A DNA stretch of 59,390 bases, counting the filler, from Basidiobolus meristosporus CBS 931.73 (Eukaryota > Fungi > Basidiobolomycota), in NCBI GenBank assembly GCA_002104905.1. It is 4 parts of 4 records of this genome, joined end to end, with 100 filler letters (N's around TTAATTAATTAA, not from the genome) between each part and the next. Parts side by side here need not be neighbours in the genome. Positions count along the whole stretch, not along the records: positions 1 to 15,111 come from MCFE01001156.1; positions 15,212 to 29,392 come from MCFE01001187.1; 2 more parts are not named here. One strand, 5' to 3'. A program made the position numbers and the translations under genes. A model generated the notes under the pieces. It ran no database searches. It was not told the origin of the DNA and was given only the letters and a program-made list of their open reading frames with translations. Of this stretch, positions 13,940-25,139 are shown piece after piece. How positions within the stretch are numbered: the first letter of the stretch is position 1; each line of letters begins with the position of its first letter.

Positions 13940-14731
13940 TGTAGTGGGGTGACAGTGACACCCACTGACAGATGTGCTCATTCCCTTATTTTCTACTTCC
14001 CTATATCTCTACTACACTTATTTTAGTTTTATCCCATTTGTCTTACCCAATCAGTACTATCCCATAAGCCGGTTGACTATCACACCTGCTTACCTTATTG
14101 CATAAGTTACCCCTCACTTTATGTAAGATTACTAGCTATAAGTACTTCTAAATTAGGCAAGTACCCGCGCCAGTACCCGTGACACATGATCAGCCCGTGT
14201 CACCATCCCTACCATTTCCATACCGTATATGGTATCCCCATGTTACACAGGTTTCAGAATACTGATTCCTGATTGGTTGGATGTGCTGTGCCTCTTAGAA
14301 CCTTCCGGCACCTACTTAGAACATTCTTAGGTCATTCTGATGTCATTAAGATTTCTATTGATATCCGGAACCTTCTGGAACACCATGATTAGTAATCACT
14401 TAGCCAGTAAGAAAAGTATATAAGGGAGGCTATCCCTCAACAATAAATCATCATCCCTTTTATCAATATACCGACTTGTTGATTAGTGTGATCACTGCTA
14501 CCTGCTGCTACCTGAACTTCCAACCCTAGACCACAGGACACTCCCAGGAAACCGCGCTGACAGCCAACTGACCTTGGAGGCACTACTTGTGAGGAATACT
14601 CAGAGTAGGTATCTTTTATTATATTTGATTCTTTCCCAAGTTTGTTCTTGTACAGGCAAAGATACTTTTCTGTCTTTGTAACTATTGACCAAAGCTGCAT
14701 TCTTATCAAGTCCCTGCTGGCGGAGTTTACA
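13940..14731 (+). mobile_element. Probable Gypsy 3' LTR (~790 bp)
   Basis: PPT GAGAGGGGGGTGGA immediately before TGTAG at 13940. TATA (GTATATAAG) and AATAAA near 14417-14446. Ends TTTACA at 14731; the right boundary is less certain. Confidence 0.6.
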
Positions 14732-14879
14732 GTTGTTTTGACTTTGGAAGCTTTAGTACATTGTCATCTCAAATGACGCTGAACCCAGCACATACTTTTG
14801 TTAAGACGCCAACTAAGTTGGGGATTGTAGCTCAATAGTTTTCCCTTGACAAGCTTGTGGCTTTATTCCCCTTCACATT

Positions 14880-15060
14880 AGATTAGAGACAGAACCCAAG
14901 TATTCCTAGCAAGCTTTTGCCAGAGGTTATTGCACCCAGTGAACACCCCACACACAAAACACTTGAGAAGTGTTGGACGTATCTCTCCCTTGGACTTATA
15001 CACCACCACAATGCAAATAATCAAAATTGATGTGTCCAAATCTCCTGTGCCAAAGCATTG
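14880..15060 (-). mobile_element. Copia GAG-pre-integrase fragment
   Basis: Minus strand reads MLWHRRFGHINFDYL, the typical LWHRRxGH signature, followed by degenerate Cys-containing sequence. Confidence 0.65.
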
Positions 15061-15111
15061 GTGTTTCTTCATTTAAGTTACTTATATTGGCTTCCAGATA
15101 TGATGGAATAT

Positions 15112-15211
15112 NNNNNNNNNNNNNNNNNNNNNNNNNNNNNNNNNNNNNNNNNNNNTTAATTAATTAANNNNNNNNNNNNNNNNNNNNNNNNNNNNNNNNN
15201 NNNNNNNNNNN
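15112..15211. other. Artificial contig spacer
   Basis: 44 N + TTAATTAATTAA (stops in all six frames) + 44 N. Confidence 0.99.
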
Positions 15212-15255
15212 GAGTTTATTGAATGTCTATCTACTTTATACACTGATATAGCCCT

Positions 15256-15984
15256 CTAGAGACTTGAGAACACCTTGATGGCATCCTCGGCGGTGGATCT
15301 TGCGCTTGCTGGGTTAGCTCCGGTGACAACTCGGCCGTCAGTTTGCGTGAAATCGGCAAATGGAGTAGGAGGTGCCACGTACTCGGCCCCAACAGCAGCC
15401 GCTCCTTCTTCGATTGTAGCCACATTGGCTGACTTGATAATGTCAAGCAGGCTCAACATCACCTCACCCTCGGTGGTGAACCCGGTGACCTTCTTGCCAG
15501 CGATGATGGATTTGCCTGTGGTGCTGTCAATGATGCCAGGGAGAATGGCTGGCCCATGGCACACGGCTGAAACAACCCCTCCACGCTTGTATATGTCCTC
15601 GGCAATATGCTGCAGGCCACGAGCCGTAGGGTAATCCCACAAGGTCGCGTGGCCGGCAGAAGCAAAGAATAGGCCATAGTCGGCAGGGTTGAGGTCCGCC
15701 GCCTTGCGAAGCTGTGAGTTCAGTTTGACATTGAAAGGATGCTCTGGATCGTCTAGCACTTTTTGGTCATCCTCGGTGAGAAAGTCTTTCGACAAGGAGT
15801 GCTCGTCCACTCCGTAAGTGCCAGTCTCGGAGGCGAAGTCGACCTCGAACCCGGCCTCGACCAGTGCTTCGTATGGATGCAACGCTTCCGTATAGAAGAG
15901 CCCAGTCTTGCTGCCATTGGCGTAGAAGGGCTCGTTATAGCTGGTGATGGCAAGTAGTGCTCTGCGTGGAAGATTGGCTGGCAT
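15256..15984 (-). CDS. HSP31: DJ-1/PfpI family, Hsp31-like glyoxalase III, 242 aa
   Basis: [12 protein letters not shown] (catalytic Glu), [18 protein letters not shown] (nucleophilic Cys-His), VVTGANPASA; intronless. Confidence 0.93.
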   Translation of the reverse strand: MPANLPRRALLAITSYNEPFYANGSKTGLFYTEALHPYEALVEAGFEVDFASETGTYGVDEHSLSKDFLTEDDQKVLDDPEHPFNVKLNSQLRKAADLNPADYGLFFASAGHATLWDYPTARGLQHIAEDIYKRGGVVSAVCHGPAILPGIIDSTTGKSIIAGKKVTGFTTEGEVMLSLLDIIKSANVATIEEGAAAVGAEYVAPPTPFADFTQTDGRVVTGANPASARSTAEDAIKVFSSL

Positions 15985-16944
15985 TGTTGTGTTGTGCTGA
16001 ATACCTACCTGAACCCATTGTGTCGCTTTTTTTATACTGGGTTCTTGCAGTTGGATGACAAATGCTTGGAAATTTCTGGTTCATTTCCAGATTTTCACCT
16101 GACACGTAACCCATTTGGCAATCGAGTTATCAATCCATTTATGGTCAGAACTAGAGTTGCTCTGAACGCATGCTGATAATTGGCATAAATAGCGGGTGGC
16201 AGTAACAATAAGTAGCGATTAAACAGACGTGAGAATACGGATGATATGACACTTTTGTGCTAACCATATTAAGTTATCTACACCACTTCAACGGGTATTT
16301 TTATTATTCTAATCGGGAATTATGTTCCACCGTAGAATTCAGGGATAGTGAAGCCACTCTAGTGCAGTAATTTATGCTCACTGGACTATATCATTGGCCA
16401 AGTAGACGAGAAACACAAGCTGGTAAAATGCAAAATACCTGTTGAACCCTAATGCGAGATACCCAGATCGGGCCAGTATAAAATAAAGTTCTACTCTTTC
16501 GCAACAAATACTGCATTATTGGTCATCAATATCTATCAAAAGGTATTTCTTCTACGCACTTTCGGGTTTCTGACAATATCGAGCGCCGTTGCTACGAATT
16601 CACGTCTGTGTAGTATTATAAGAACCATGTTTACTTTCAAGCCTATCACCGTTTTGTATATGAAAACTACCATAATTTGAGCATATACTCTTTAGCCTAG
16701 CTACACCATATATTTGCGCTAAAACTCTTTTATGAAGCCCAAGTCAATCCCGCATCGTTTTGGTGTACCAAGGCCTGCCTTCATTTTGAGCGTAGAACCT
16801 ACTTTTAACTAACTTCTCAATTACTTGCTGTTGTATTTTATCATCTTTTGGCATTCATTCAGGCGAGATTATGGGTTAACATACCTGGAAATGCTTCGAA
16901 CACCTGTACATTCTGGTCAGGTTTAGGACTACATTGATGATTTG

Positions 16945-17259
16945 TGTTATGCTCGTAGAGGGAAATCCCGGCTGAACGGTAAATCTCTTGAGATTCCGGT
17001 GAGTGTAAGAGTTGATCCAGGATGCAAGGGAGAAGATACTTTATTCGTGTACGCGTCTGTCTGCAATAGTTATTCATGGTGTGCTTTATATACTGTGTGC
17101 CAAATTAGGTTTTGGTGATAAATTAGTGACAGATAGGGTTTTTGTCAGAGTAACTCTATTTGGGTGCAGATCGGCATGATTGGTCTTTTATCAGTACAGC
17201 TGATTATCCTCTACGGAGTGCCTACCACATATCCTACTGGTATACTTTACCCTGTAGCA
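16945..17259 (-). mobile_element. Solo LTR, family X (315 bp)
   Basis: Near-identical reverse complement of 49057-49371; terminal TGTTACA/TGTAACA slightly mutated; flanks do not form a matching TSD. Confidence 0.85.
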
Positions 17260-17263
17260 TTGT

Positions 17264-17552
17264 AGTTGTAAATCGAGGGTAAACAGAGAAGGAGCGGAGG
17301 TTATTCGACAAGAATAGGAGAGGACTATCTGGAGGATTGATAGACCAGTGAAAGATTGATGTTTATTGATGGTGATTAGAAGGGTTTATATAGAGATAGT
17401 CTCGGGAGAAGAGCTTCCGATAGCGTAGGGCAAGCTTCCAAAGGAAGGGTCCGAGATGTATTAAATAATGTGTGTACCATTGAGTGTGATATATCGTCAG
17501 TGTGCAGTTTTGAAGTGATCGATAATAACTAGTAAAGATTTAAATCACAACA
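17264..17552 (-). mobile_element. Solo LTR, family Y, starting 12 bp upstream of tRNA-Pro
   Basis: Minus strand TGTTGTGA...TTACAACT with TATA (CTATATAAAC) then AATAAA. A decayed relative lies at ~52780-53040. Confidence 0.7.
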
Positions 17553-17564
17553 GTTGTATATGGC

Positions 17565-17636
17565 GGCTCAATGGTCTAGTAGTATGATTCCTCGTTCGGG
17601 TCGAGGAGGTCCCGGGTTCAATTCCCGGTTGAGCCC
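17565..17636 (+). tRNA. tRNA-Pro(CGG)
   Basis: 72 nt. Acceptor GGCTCAA/TTGAGCC, anticodon arm CCTCG-TTCGGGT-CGAGG, T arm CCGGG-TTCAATT-CCCGG, T-runs downstream. Confidence 0.95.
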
Positions 17637-17989
17637 AATTTCTTTTCCTTTTGTCTCCCACACTCTCCTTCACCGTGGCTACTCTCGCACCTCCAAGTGT
17701 CATTCCTTTACATGTCCTAACGTTGTATCCCTATTGTACTCTAGCTTTGGAACTATTCCACACTACCCCAATGCTGGCAATTGTACGGTATATACATATG
17801 TGTGGGCAAATACATGTAGAGCTCTAAATATCTACTAATTGATCGTTTTCTTTGCAACCTGAGTACATTCCCACTTCCCTCCATAGCACGCCTTACTAAT
17901 GCATGCAGCGATGGCTCAAACAGGGATCATCAAATCAAGCTACCCCAATGAAGGGCTTGAACACAATCCAGTGATTACAACAGACGGAC

Positions 17990-18545
17990 TCTGGCAGTGA
18001 GGAGAAGTTGGTTCATGTCCACATGCCACAGTGATTAGGGATCTTACGGCCAAGTCACTGCCATGGTAGCTAATATAGTTATCCAAGTGCTCCAGATGGC
18101 AAGTCAGTAATTCGAAACCGGCTACTAGCAACAATTCATTTGGTCTGTGGGAAATTGTGTTGAAGCGTTTGTTGAACATATCTCTATTCTCCACTAACAA
18201 CAAAGATTAACCTGCCAGGGGGACCGGTTCCATAACCGATAAGGCCAATCCATAGTGGAGCTACATAATAGGTGCTCTGCTGTAAGAGAACTTCATGAAC
18301 CATACTTCTGCGATATAATATGGCTTTAGGGTTACTGCTGTGCATACACAGAAGAATCGGAGTTGATCCAAATCCAAGTGAAAAGCCAGCATGCTTGTCA
18401 AAGGTGGATGATCTAAAAAAGAAATCCCTAAGCTGGATGGAGCTAGCATTTACAGTGTCTAATTGACTTATCCACCTGGTTCTGGAGCATAATATTGAAG
18501 TTAACCTCATTCTATAATCCATTGCTAAATTAAGAGGCTATGTAA
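17990..18545. repeat. Segment duplicated (inverted) at ~55880-56730, downstream of both tRNA-Pro copies
   Basis: Shared stretches such as GGCCAAGTCACTGCCATG and CATAGTGGAGCTACATAATAGGTGCTCTGCTGTAAGAG; this copy lacks ~300 bp present in contig 4. Confidence 0.85.
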
Positions 18546-18728
18546 GTATCAGATTCTACATATTACTGCTCTAGGGAATAGCTCATGGAGATACTGCCAA
18601 TCACTCTTCTGCTGTTTCTGCTACTGAGCAGTTTGTAATTATGTAGGCAAGAGTGTGCAGGCCAAGGCTTTGTACTTGAGTTTATCAGGTCATCAGACAT
18701 CTACACATAGTATTTGACCCCATGACGT

Positions 18729-19059
18729 TGTTGGTAAAAATTCACCCAACTTAGTCACTTAGATGATTACCTTCAAATCCTGGAGATTACTGACCAAATT
18801 CCTTGTCAGGATTTACTTGGGATGTTTTCACCAAAATATCAGGTACCCAGAACATGAAAATCAGATAAGTTGTCCAGACAGCCCCAAACTCTGCACACAT
18901 GTTCTTGTGACCTTTCTAAGTCTATTCTACGATACTTGTTATGCCAAGACCATGTTCAAGTATTAATACTACTTTTACATTCAATAAATCATTAAGTGAA
19001 AACCACATAATCTACTTTTTCTCCCTATGACATCCAATATCTCCAAAACTCTTACAACA
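18729..19059 (+). mobile_element. Solo LTR of the contig-1 Copia family
   Basis: TGTTG...TTACAACA, homologous to the reverse complement of 4964-5312; near-TSD GACGT/GAAGT. Confidence 0.88.
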
Positions 19060-20229
19060 GAAGTATCATATCTAGAAACCTAATAATGCATAAAGCTCCC
19101 CTCTTTGCTATCAGCATCTAGATTACATGTTTAAGAAAATTCAGGCTATTATGTCAAATTACTTGTGTATTTGTAAGTCACCATGACTTGCTTTATTGTT
19201 ATTGCTATTTTGCATAGAGCTTATAGTGTATAACATTTATAGACTGTTAGACATATTATGAATACCCTAAGAGAAAAAACTAAGAAAAGGTCAACAGGAA
19301 ACCATCATGATATCAGTTCAGCTTTAAGCTCCTCAAAACCAACAACTTTCAATATCTTAGGTATTAGCTATTTAGCTGGCAAGCAGCCATATCTTCTAGG
19401 AGGAGACTAGGCCCAATATAATTTATACCAAGTCGGGCTAGCAGCTACTTGCTATTTGCACCAAAAATTGCAACTAAAAGTTTGAAAAAATGCATTAGTT
19501 GAATGCCAGCAAATAATATTTAAATACCATCAGAATATCAGATTGATTCCAATTAAAAGATAATTCATCTAAATATTTTCTACCAAAGGCAGTTGGGTCT
19601 GCATAGAATGAGTCTATATCAGTTGACTTGCTGTACATGCTCAAACATCAGTCATTGGTTACTACCAATGGTGGCACTGTCAATGAGGGTGTCATTTGAC
19701 TATAAAGACTTGGGCCAAGTTACATTGCTTCATAGGAGGTGCATGCTCTCAGCTCATCCAGATAATGCAAACACACACTTTCATTGAGTTACTACTGGTT
19801 TCACTATTGGTATAGTAGTGTAATGTGGATGTAGTGGGCTGAAGTTGAGCTTTCACACAGCTCATTATGTGGATAAGTGAGTTCAATAATTCCTATAATG
19901 AGCAGAATAGTGATCAATCAGGGGAACAGGTTGACTTCAGATGCCTGGGAATCCAAGCTGTTAGGAAGCAGTATTTAAAGCATATGAAGCAAGGAATTGT
20001 AATTAAATGAGGAATTTGTAGTGTATAGCTTGATAAATACACATTTATTGCTAGTCAACTGGCTGTTACCAGTGGTAGGAGCTATTAAAGTGAGCAAATG
20101 TGCAGCAATTAATACACTTATTAAGCTCCACTCTGGATATCAGTATGGGGAAGTGTGTGAAACTCACAATACTGGCAAAGCCTTAATTTGAAATCAGAGC
20201 ATAGCTAAGCTATAATGTATCGTATCACT

Positions 20230-20870
20230 ATATACTAGTCACTTAGATCATCTAGAATACTGACATCTGTGATTAGATAGAATGAATGATAGTGCAACAG
20301 CCAACTGCACACATGTCTGAACTTCTTACTATCTACTTGTAATGCAAACAGTAAAGCATAAATACTACTTACATTCAATAGATATTAGTGAAACATAATT
20401 ACTTTTCATCACTTCAATATCTCAAGACTTACAATACAGACACTGTGTGAGAGAAGGAAACACCCAAGTATGCATTATTACTAACTCTTAGATTCAATAT
20501 TGGCCTGAATATATTGATTGTGCTAGCTACATTCTTGTACTTCAGGTAAGATATGATACACCATTCAAAGTAAGCAAAGAATGTGCAATGACACACTTTG
20601 CCTAAAGTGATCACTGAGAGTTGCATTACAGAATGTAGACCTATGCATATTAATCCATTTCTGCACACTTTTAATCTACTTATTGAGTAATTATGGAATG
20701 TAATGCAAATCTCATAATAGCTTGGTGAAGAAAGTGTTATAGAGTTTTGGAGATATTGAAATGATAATGAGAACAAGTATATTAAATAGCGTTTACTTGA
20801 TGAATTATCAAGTGTAAGTGTAGTATTTGCACTTTTACATAATTTTGACAGAACAAACACATGGAATATG
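20230..20870. mobile_element. Two heavily decayed Copia-LTR-like remnants in opposite orientations (~20230-20430 and ~20737-20870)
   Basis: CTAGTCACTTAGATCA, TACATTCAATA and TCACTTCAATATCTCAAGACTTACAA motifs; the second starts TGTTATAGAGTTTTGGAGATATTG like the LTR end. Confidence 0.45.
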
Positions 20871-21187
20871 CGCTGGCCACTACACAAGGAATATTGCGTG
20901 AAACATTCAAGTTTATTGGGCATTACTATTACTAACGTTTCCCTTAAATTCTATGCGCTTGGTACCTACTTGTACCGCATCCTGACACACCCCGTGCAAT
21001 CCTATAAACAAATAGGCCTCATCTGCTCCACAGCAGTTGATTGCTCGTCACTTTGGCTGGTTTCTAACTAGATACAGAACTTCAGAATTACTGGATGTAA
21101 AAACATAAACTGCACCAAGTATTTTTACTGATTTTCAATGGATGATTTATTATGCACAACTAATAGACATGGGGTATGGATTGATTT

Positions 21188-22003
21188 CTACTTACGGTTC
21201 ATCTCTGATGCGAGACGATCCATGGCGCAATTATCATATTGCAGCCAGGCTCCATAGGAATAATTACAGCTTTCAGGCCAAGGATCCCTGCCGCCAACCG
21301 ATAAGAAGATGGCGTTACCTTCACCGGCAAGTCCAGACCCCCAGCAGTATCCACCCCCGTTTTGATGAACATAGCCCCCCCAGTTTGGATAGCAGAAGTC
21401 TCCACTAGCCACCCGATAGCACTGTCGTCCGAAAATCCCAGTACGGGTTTGTGAAGGGTTCTCCCCCATATCATCAATATGCTGGTGGATGCTTACACCA
21501 TCCCACATGTTGTACGACCCAAAGTTTTTGCCAGTAATGTTCGCTACGAATTGCCATTGGTTTTCAACCAGTATTGTGGCCTTGAATACGGTATCTTGTC
21601 CCGAGTAGATTGCATCGACGCGTAGTCTGTAACGTTGCCCTGGTTGCCAATTGATATTCATCACTGCCTGCTTGCCAGGCTTTTCTGTGGAGTTCTGGGT
21701 CATGACATTTCGGCCAACATCTGCGACTTCGGCCTTTTGAGATTCTCCCAAATCGAAGAGAGAGAAAGTTGCCAGTCTCCTGGAGTCACTGTCGGCCTGT
21801 AGACCAAAGTAGCCATCCCCGAATCCTACAACATTCCAAAGTCCGGGCGCTCCATTGCCCCCGGAGGGAATTTCAATATCGGACTCAAAGCTGGTTATCG
21901 GACCACAATTCCAGCCTGGCAATGAGTTGACAAGCTTCATACTCATCCCGTGGGCCACGGAGGAGAACACTGGTAGTAACACGAGCGGAAATATCGTTTT
22001 CAT
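21188..22003 (-). CDS. Secreted DUF3472-like beta-sandwich protein, 271 aa
   Basis: Signal peptide MKTIFPLVLLPVFSSVAHG. Motifs GYFGLQ, FSLFD, WQPGQRYRL and WQFVA match my recollection of the DUF3472 pattern; intronless. Confidence 0.75.
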   Translation of the reverse strand: MKTIFPLVLLPVFSSVAHGMSMKLVNSLPGWNCGPITSFESDIEIPSGGNGAPGLWNVVGFGDGYFGLQADSDSRRLATFSLFDLGESQKAEVADVGRNVMTQNSTEKPGKQAVMNINWQPGQRYRLRVDAIYSGQDTVFKATILVENQWQFVANITGKNFGSYNMWDGVSIHQHIDDMGENPSQTRTGIFGRQCYRVASGDFCYPNWGGYVHQNGGGYCWGSGLAGEGNAIFLSVGGRDPWPESCNYSYGAWLQYDNCAMDRLASEMNRK

Positions 22004-22380
22004 CTGGAATACTGCGAAGAATGCTGGTAGAGGCGCTCTACACGGGCTTTATATAGTTTTTGTGCAAACAATTCCTTATCTCGGCCTGTCTCCAGAAAGC
22101 AGAGGCTTTTTGCCTTATGTAGAGAGAATCTGTGACTATTGTGCGGCAAACCTTTTCATCCAGAAGGACCTTGCGCAAAACGACCCTTGGATATGGCTAA
22201 TTTTCTTGCAGGGTTCACTACATGATTGTTCCTAAAAAGGTCAATCATGCGGTATGAGCCACATTGCCAGTTTAGGCTTCTGTTTAGAAGTGAACATAGG
22301 CAGTTTTATTTTCCGTGGAAGGGGCCTTTCTCACTTATAAAGTCAGAGTCTTTGCTCGTCGACTACACCATATTCTTACC
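22004..22380. promoter_or_regulatory. Compact bidirectional promoter between the DUF3472-like genes
   Basis: 377-bp divergent gap with a minus-strand TATATAAAG near 22050 and a plus-strand TATAAA near 22336. Confidence 0.5.
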
Positions 22381-23355
22381 ATGAGGTTCGCTTCATTCCT
22401 GACAGCCGCAGTATCAGCGCTCTTTCTTTGTACCAAGCATATTGATGCGTTGGATGTGTTCCTGAGCGGTTCCGTCGGGGGTTCTATCACAGGCTTCCTG
22501 ACGTCGATTGAAATCCCAGTGGGCTACGATGCAGTAAATACTTACTTTTGTGGGGCAGCCTGGTGGCTAGGCTACTTTGGATTGCAAAGAGTCGCCGAAA
22601 ATGATCACAACACCATCTTCACGCTTTGGAACCTTGGAAACCATACTGCCAAGATTGTCGATGCTCATCCCGATGCTCACTTTGTGAGATGCGAGAAAGA
22701 TTGTGCCGAGGGCGCCGCTTCACAAATCACCGTGCATGGAGACTTCTGGAAACCTGGCGTGAAGTATTGGCTGAAGGTGGAGATTAATCGGGAAGGCAAA
22801 GATATCATGTACATCGCTTCCATATACAAGGACAACGAGTGGCAGCTGGTTGGTAAAATGCTCGGCCCTGATTACGGTGAGCTCATGTCCGTGCCGGCCA
22901 ACTACTTTTACCAGTTCATTGAGAATTTCGGGGATGGTATGGCTCCTGAAAGCTTGAAGGTTCCCAGACGCGTGATATATGGTGATCAGTATTACAGAGT
23001 CGAAGGTTCTGAGAAGTGGGGACCCATGACTAATATCTCCCCTGCTACCTCCCGTCATGCTGAACGTTTGTACGATGATTTCAACTACTCAGCAAACATG
23101 ACCAAAGCTGGGAACGCTTATGTCCTATCTCTGGATGGTTACCTGCCTAAGGGTGAATATGACCGCACATATATTCCGCCGTTCAACTACATAACCAGCA
23201 ATATCACACTTCCTTCGTTCCTGGGGATGGAGACTGTTGAGTTTCCGGCTCAATCCTATCTCAGCAAGAACATGCGCACCATCAATATAGGCGGGATTAT
23301 ACATGCCGCGTCAGATAAAACCTGCAAAAGCCCAGTCCAACCGCCTGCTTACTAA
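22381..23355 (+). CDS. Secreted DUF3472-like protein, 324 aa
   Basis: ATG 22381, signal MRFASFLTAAVSALFLCTKHIDA. Motifs TYFCGAAW..GYFGLQ, FTLWN, WKPGVKYWL, WQLVG, YQFIENF; paralog of 21188-22003. Confidence 0.8.
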   Translation: MRFASFLTAAVSALFLCTKHIDALDVFLSGSVGGSITGFLTSIEIPVGYDAVNTYFCGAAWWLGYFGLQRVAENDHNTIFTLWNLGNHTAKIVDAHPDAHFVRCEKDCAEGAASQITVHGDFWKPGVKYWLKVEINREGKDIMYIASIYKDNEWQLVGKMLGPDYGELMSVPANYFYQFIENFGDGMAPESLKVPRRVIYGDQYYRVEGSEKWGPMTNISPATSRHAERLYDDFNYSANMTKAGNAYVLSLDGYLPKGEYDRTYIPPFNYITSNITLPSFLGMETVEFPAQSYLSKNMRTINIGGIIHAASDKTCKSPVQPPAY

Positions 23356-25139
23356 AGTCCATTCTCGTTGTTAATAAAGAACCCTCATGTAAATGATTCA
23401 ATCATCAAATCCTTGCTGCTGTATTTCGGAGCTCATTGAAAGTATTCTTTAGCCAACATAGCGCTACAGTGGATGGTAGCTTAAGATTTTCACATGTGGA
23501 CAATATACCGCTGCTGGGTAAAAATTACCGTGGTATTAGGTAATCTGATGTCCATATACGGTCCCCTGAAATCCGCCATCTACGCAAGGTGCGGCTTAAA
23601 TCATCATGGGGGTACGTGCACCAGAGCCATGTAAACCATTGCTAAATGCGGCATCGGCTGATTAGCCATCTTTGTACCGCCGGTTCGGCATGTTCACAGG
23701 CCATGAACGTAAATGTCACTTTCAGCCGAACGTAGCATCGATTAGCCTTTTTCAACCTGGATTGCCACCATGGGGTTAGATTGGGATCAGATGCATCACG
23801 ATCCACAGTGCCGCATGAGCCACAAAGATACCGTAATCCAGGCAGTGGGTCTTGGTGGTTCTGTACATTGTTCCCGGAATATGCCGATATAGAGCTCTCA
23901 GGTGTGGGGTTCAGTCATTTGTGGCGGTGTGTCTCTCCAAGTACTGAGAGCATCGTCGTATCTAGCTTCAGTTGTGTGATGGGACTAGCAATATGCTTTA
24001 CGGTTATTGCCACCTTCAGTTAGATAGCGCATTAATTAATCTCTAGAGACACCGGTCTTCATCAAGATTTCCATTTCATCGCATAACTCTATATAGCCAT
24101 CAATTTTTATGGAATAATATCGCATATTCATTAATGGTGATTACTGGTGAAAGGACCAACATTGAAAATCTAGATTCCAGATCTGCATGCATGAATATAT
24201 CAGGTCAATGTTCGGATGCTATGCTTTAACCTGGGGTCCAATCAATTTTTGGCTACTATCCTGTGGTCCAATCAACTTTCAGATGTCATTCATTGTCTTG
24301 TGGCTGAATGATCCGATGAAGTCAACTTCTCTAGCACATTGACTGTATCTCTCTTAGCACCAACACTAGCAGAGCAGATGGCTACTCAGGAATTGTTGCG
24401 CATATCAATGATTTCTCTTAAGGATAATCTCAGTTATCCCAACCCATCAAGCTGTTGCTTCATCCCTAACACTGTCCAAACTTGTTTGATTTGCCTATCA
24501 GTTTGCTGACTGGGGTAAGGGCAAGAATGACAGTTGGATTGAAAAGGGTCAGAAGGTAAAGGTAACTACAGTGCCCGGAGCTAACCGTTTGGGATTCCTG
24601 TTAGCCAGTGATATGGGAAATCGTTTATACTGACTGTGGCTCCAAGGCCGTCAGTGTGGGTGGCTCCGATTGCGATTGGGTAATTGAAAGGGCTTCAGGG
24701 AACACAGTGGCTCAAAGGCACCTGGTTGCTTCCTTCAATAAGTTAGAACTACGCTTGTTCACTACCAAAGTGCCAATAGATGCTAGTAAAGGATTGTGTA
24801 TGTCAAGTTCCCTACCCAGGTCTACGCAATCCATCCCTACAAGAAAGGCCACTCAGGGCATGGTCACATGCTTGTAATAGCTACCAAAAGGTTGGCTATT
24901 AACTAGAAATAAAAATGTTGATTCTCAGGTCATACATAACTTGGTGAACTGTATAATATGCTCTTATTAGCCTGGCAAATATACTTGGAAATATTCTATA
25001 AACTAGAATACTAAGTTACAGGATTTATATGTTGGATAAACACAAATAAGTCTGGGTAGGTCATACAACTTGTATGAAAGAAAGAACTAAGCTTGCACAA
25101 GTTTGAATGTAGCAGTTATTTATTAGGTAAGTTAATTCA

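Noticed and set aside
15112-15211. TTAATTAATTAA palindrome within N runs (also 29393-29492 and 44391-44490)
   Set aside because: Identical 100-nt artificial contig linker; adjacency across it, such as telomere next to subtilisins, is not biological.
19100-20200. CpG-poor stretches (also 4100-4960 and 24450-25130) that look like old transposon relics
   Set aside because: No frame gave a recognisable domain, so no call can be supported without tBLASTx or RepeatMasker.
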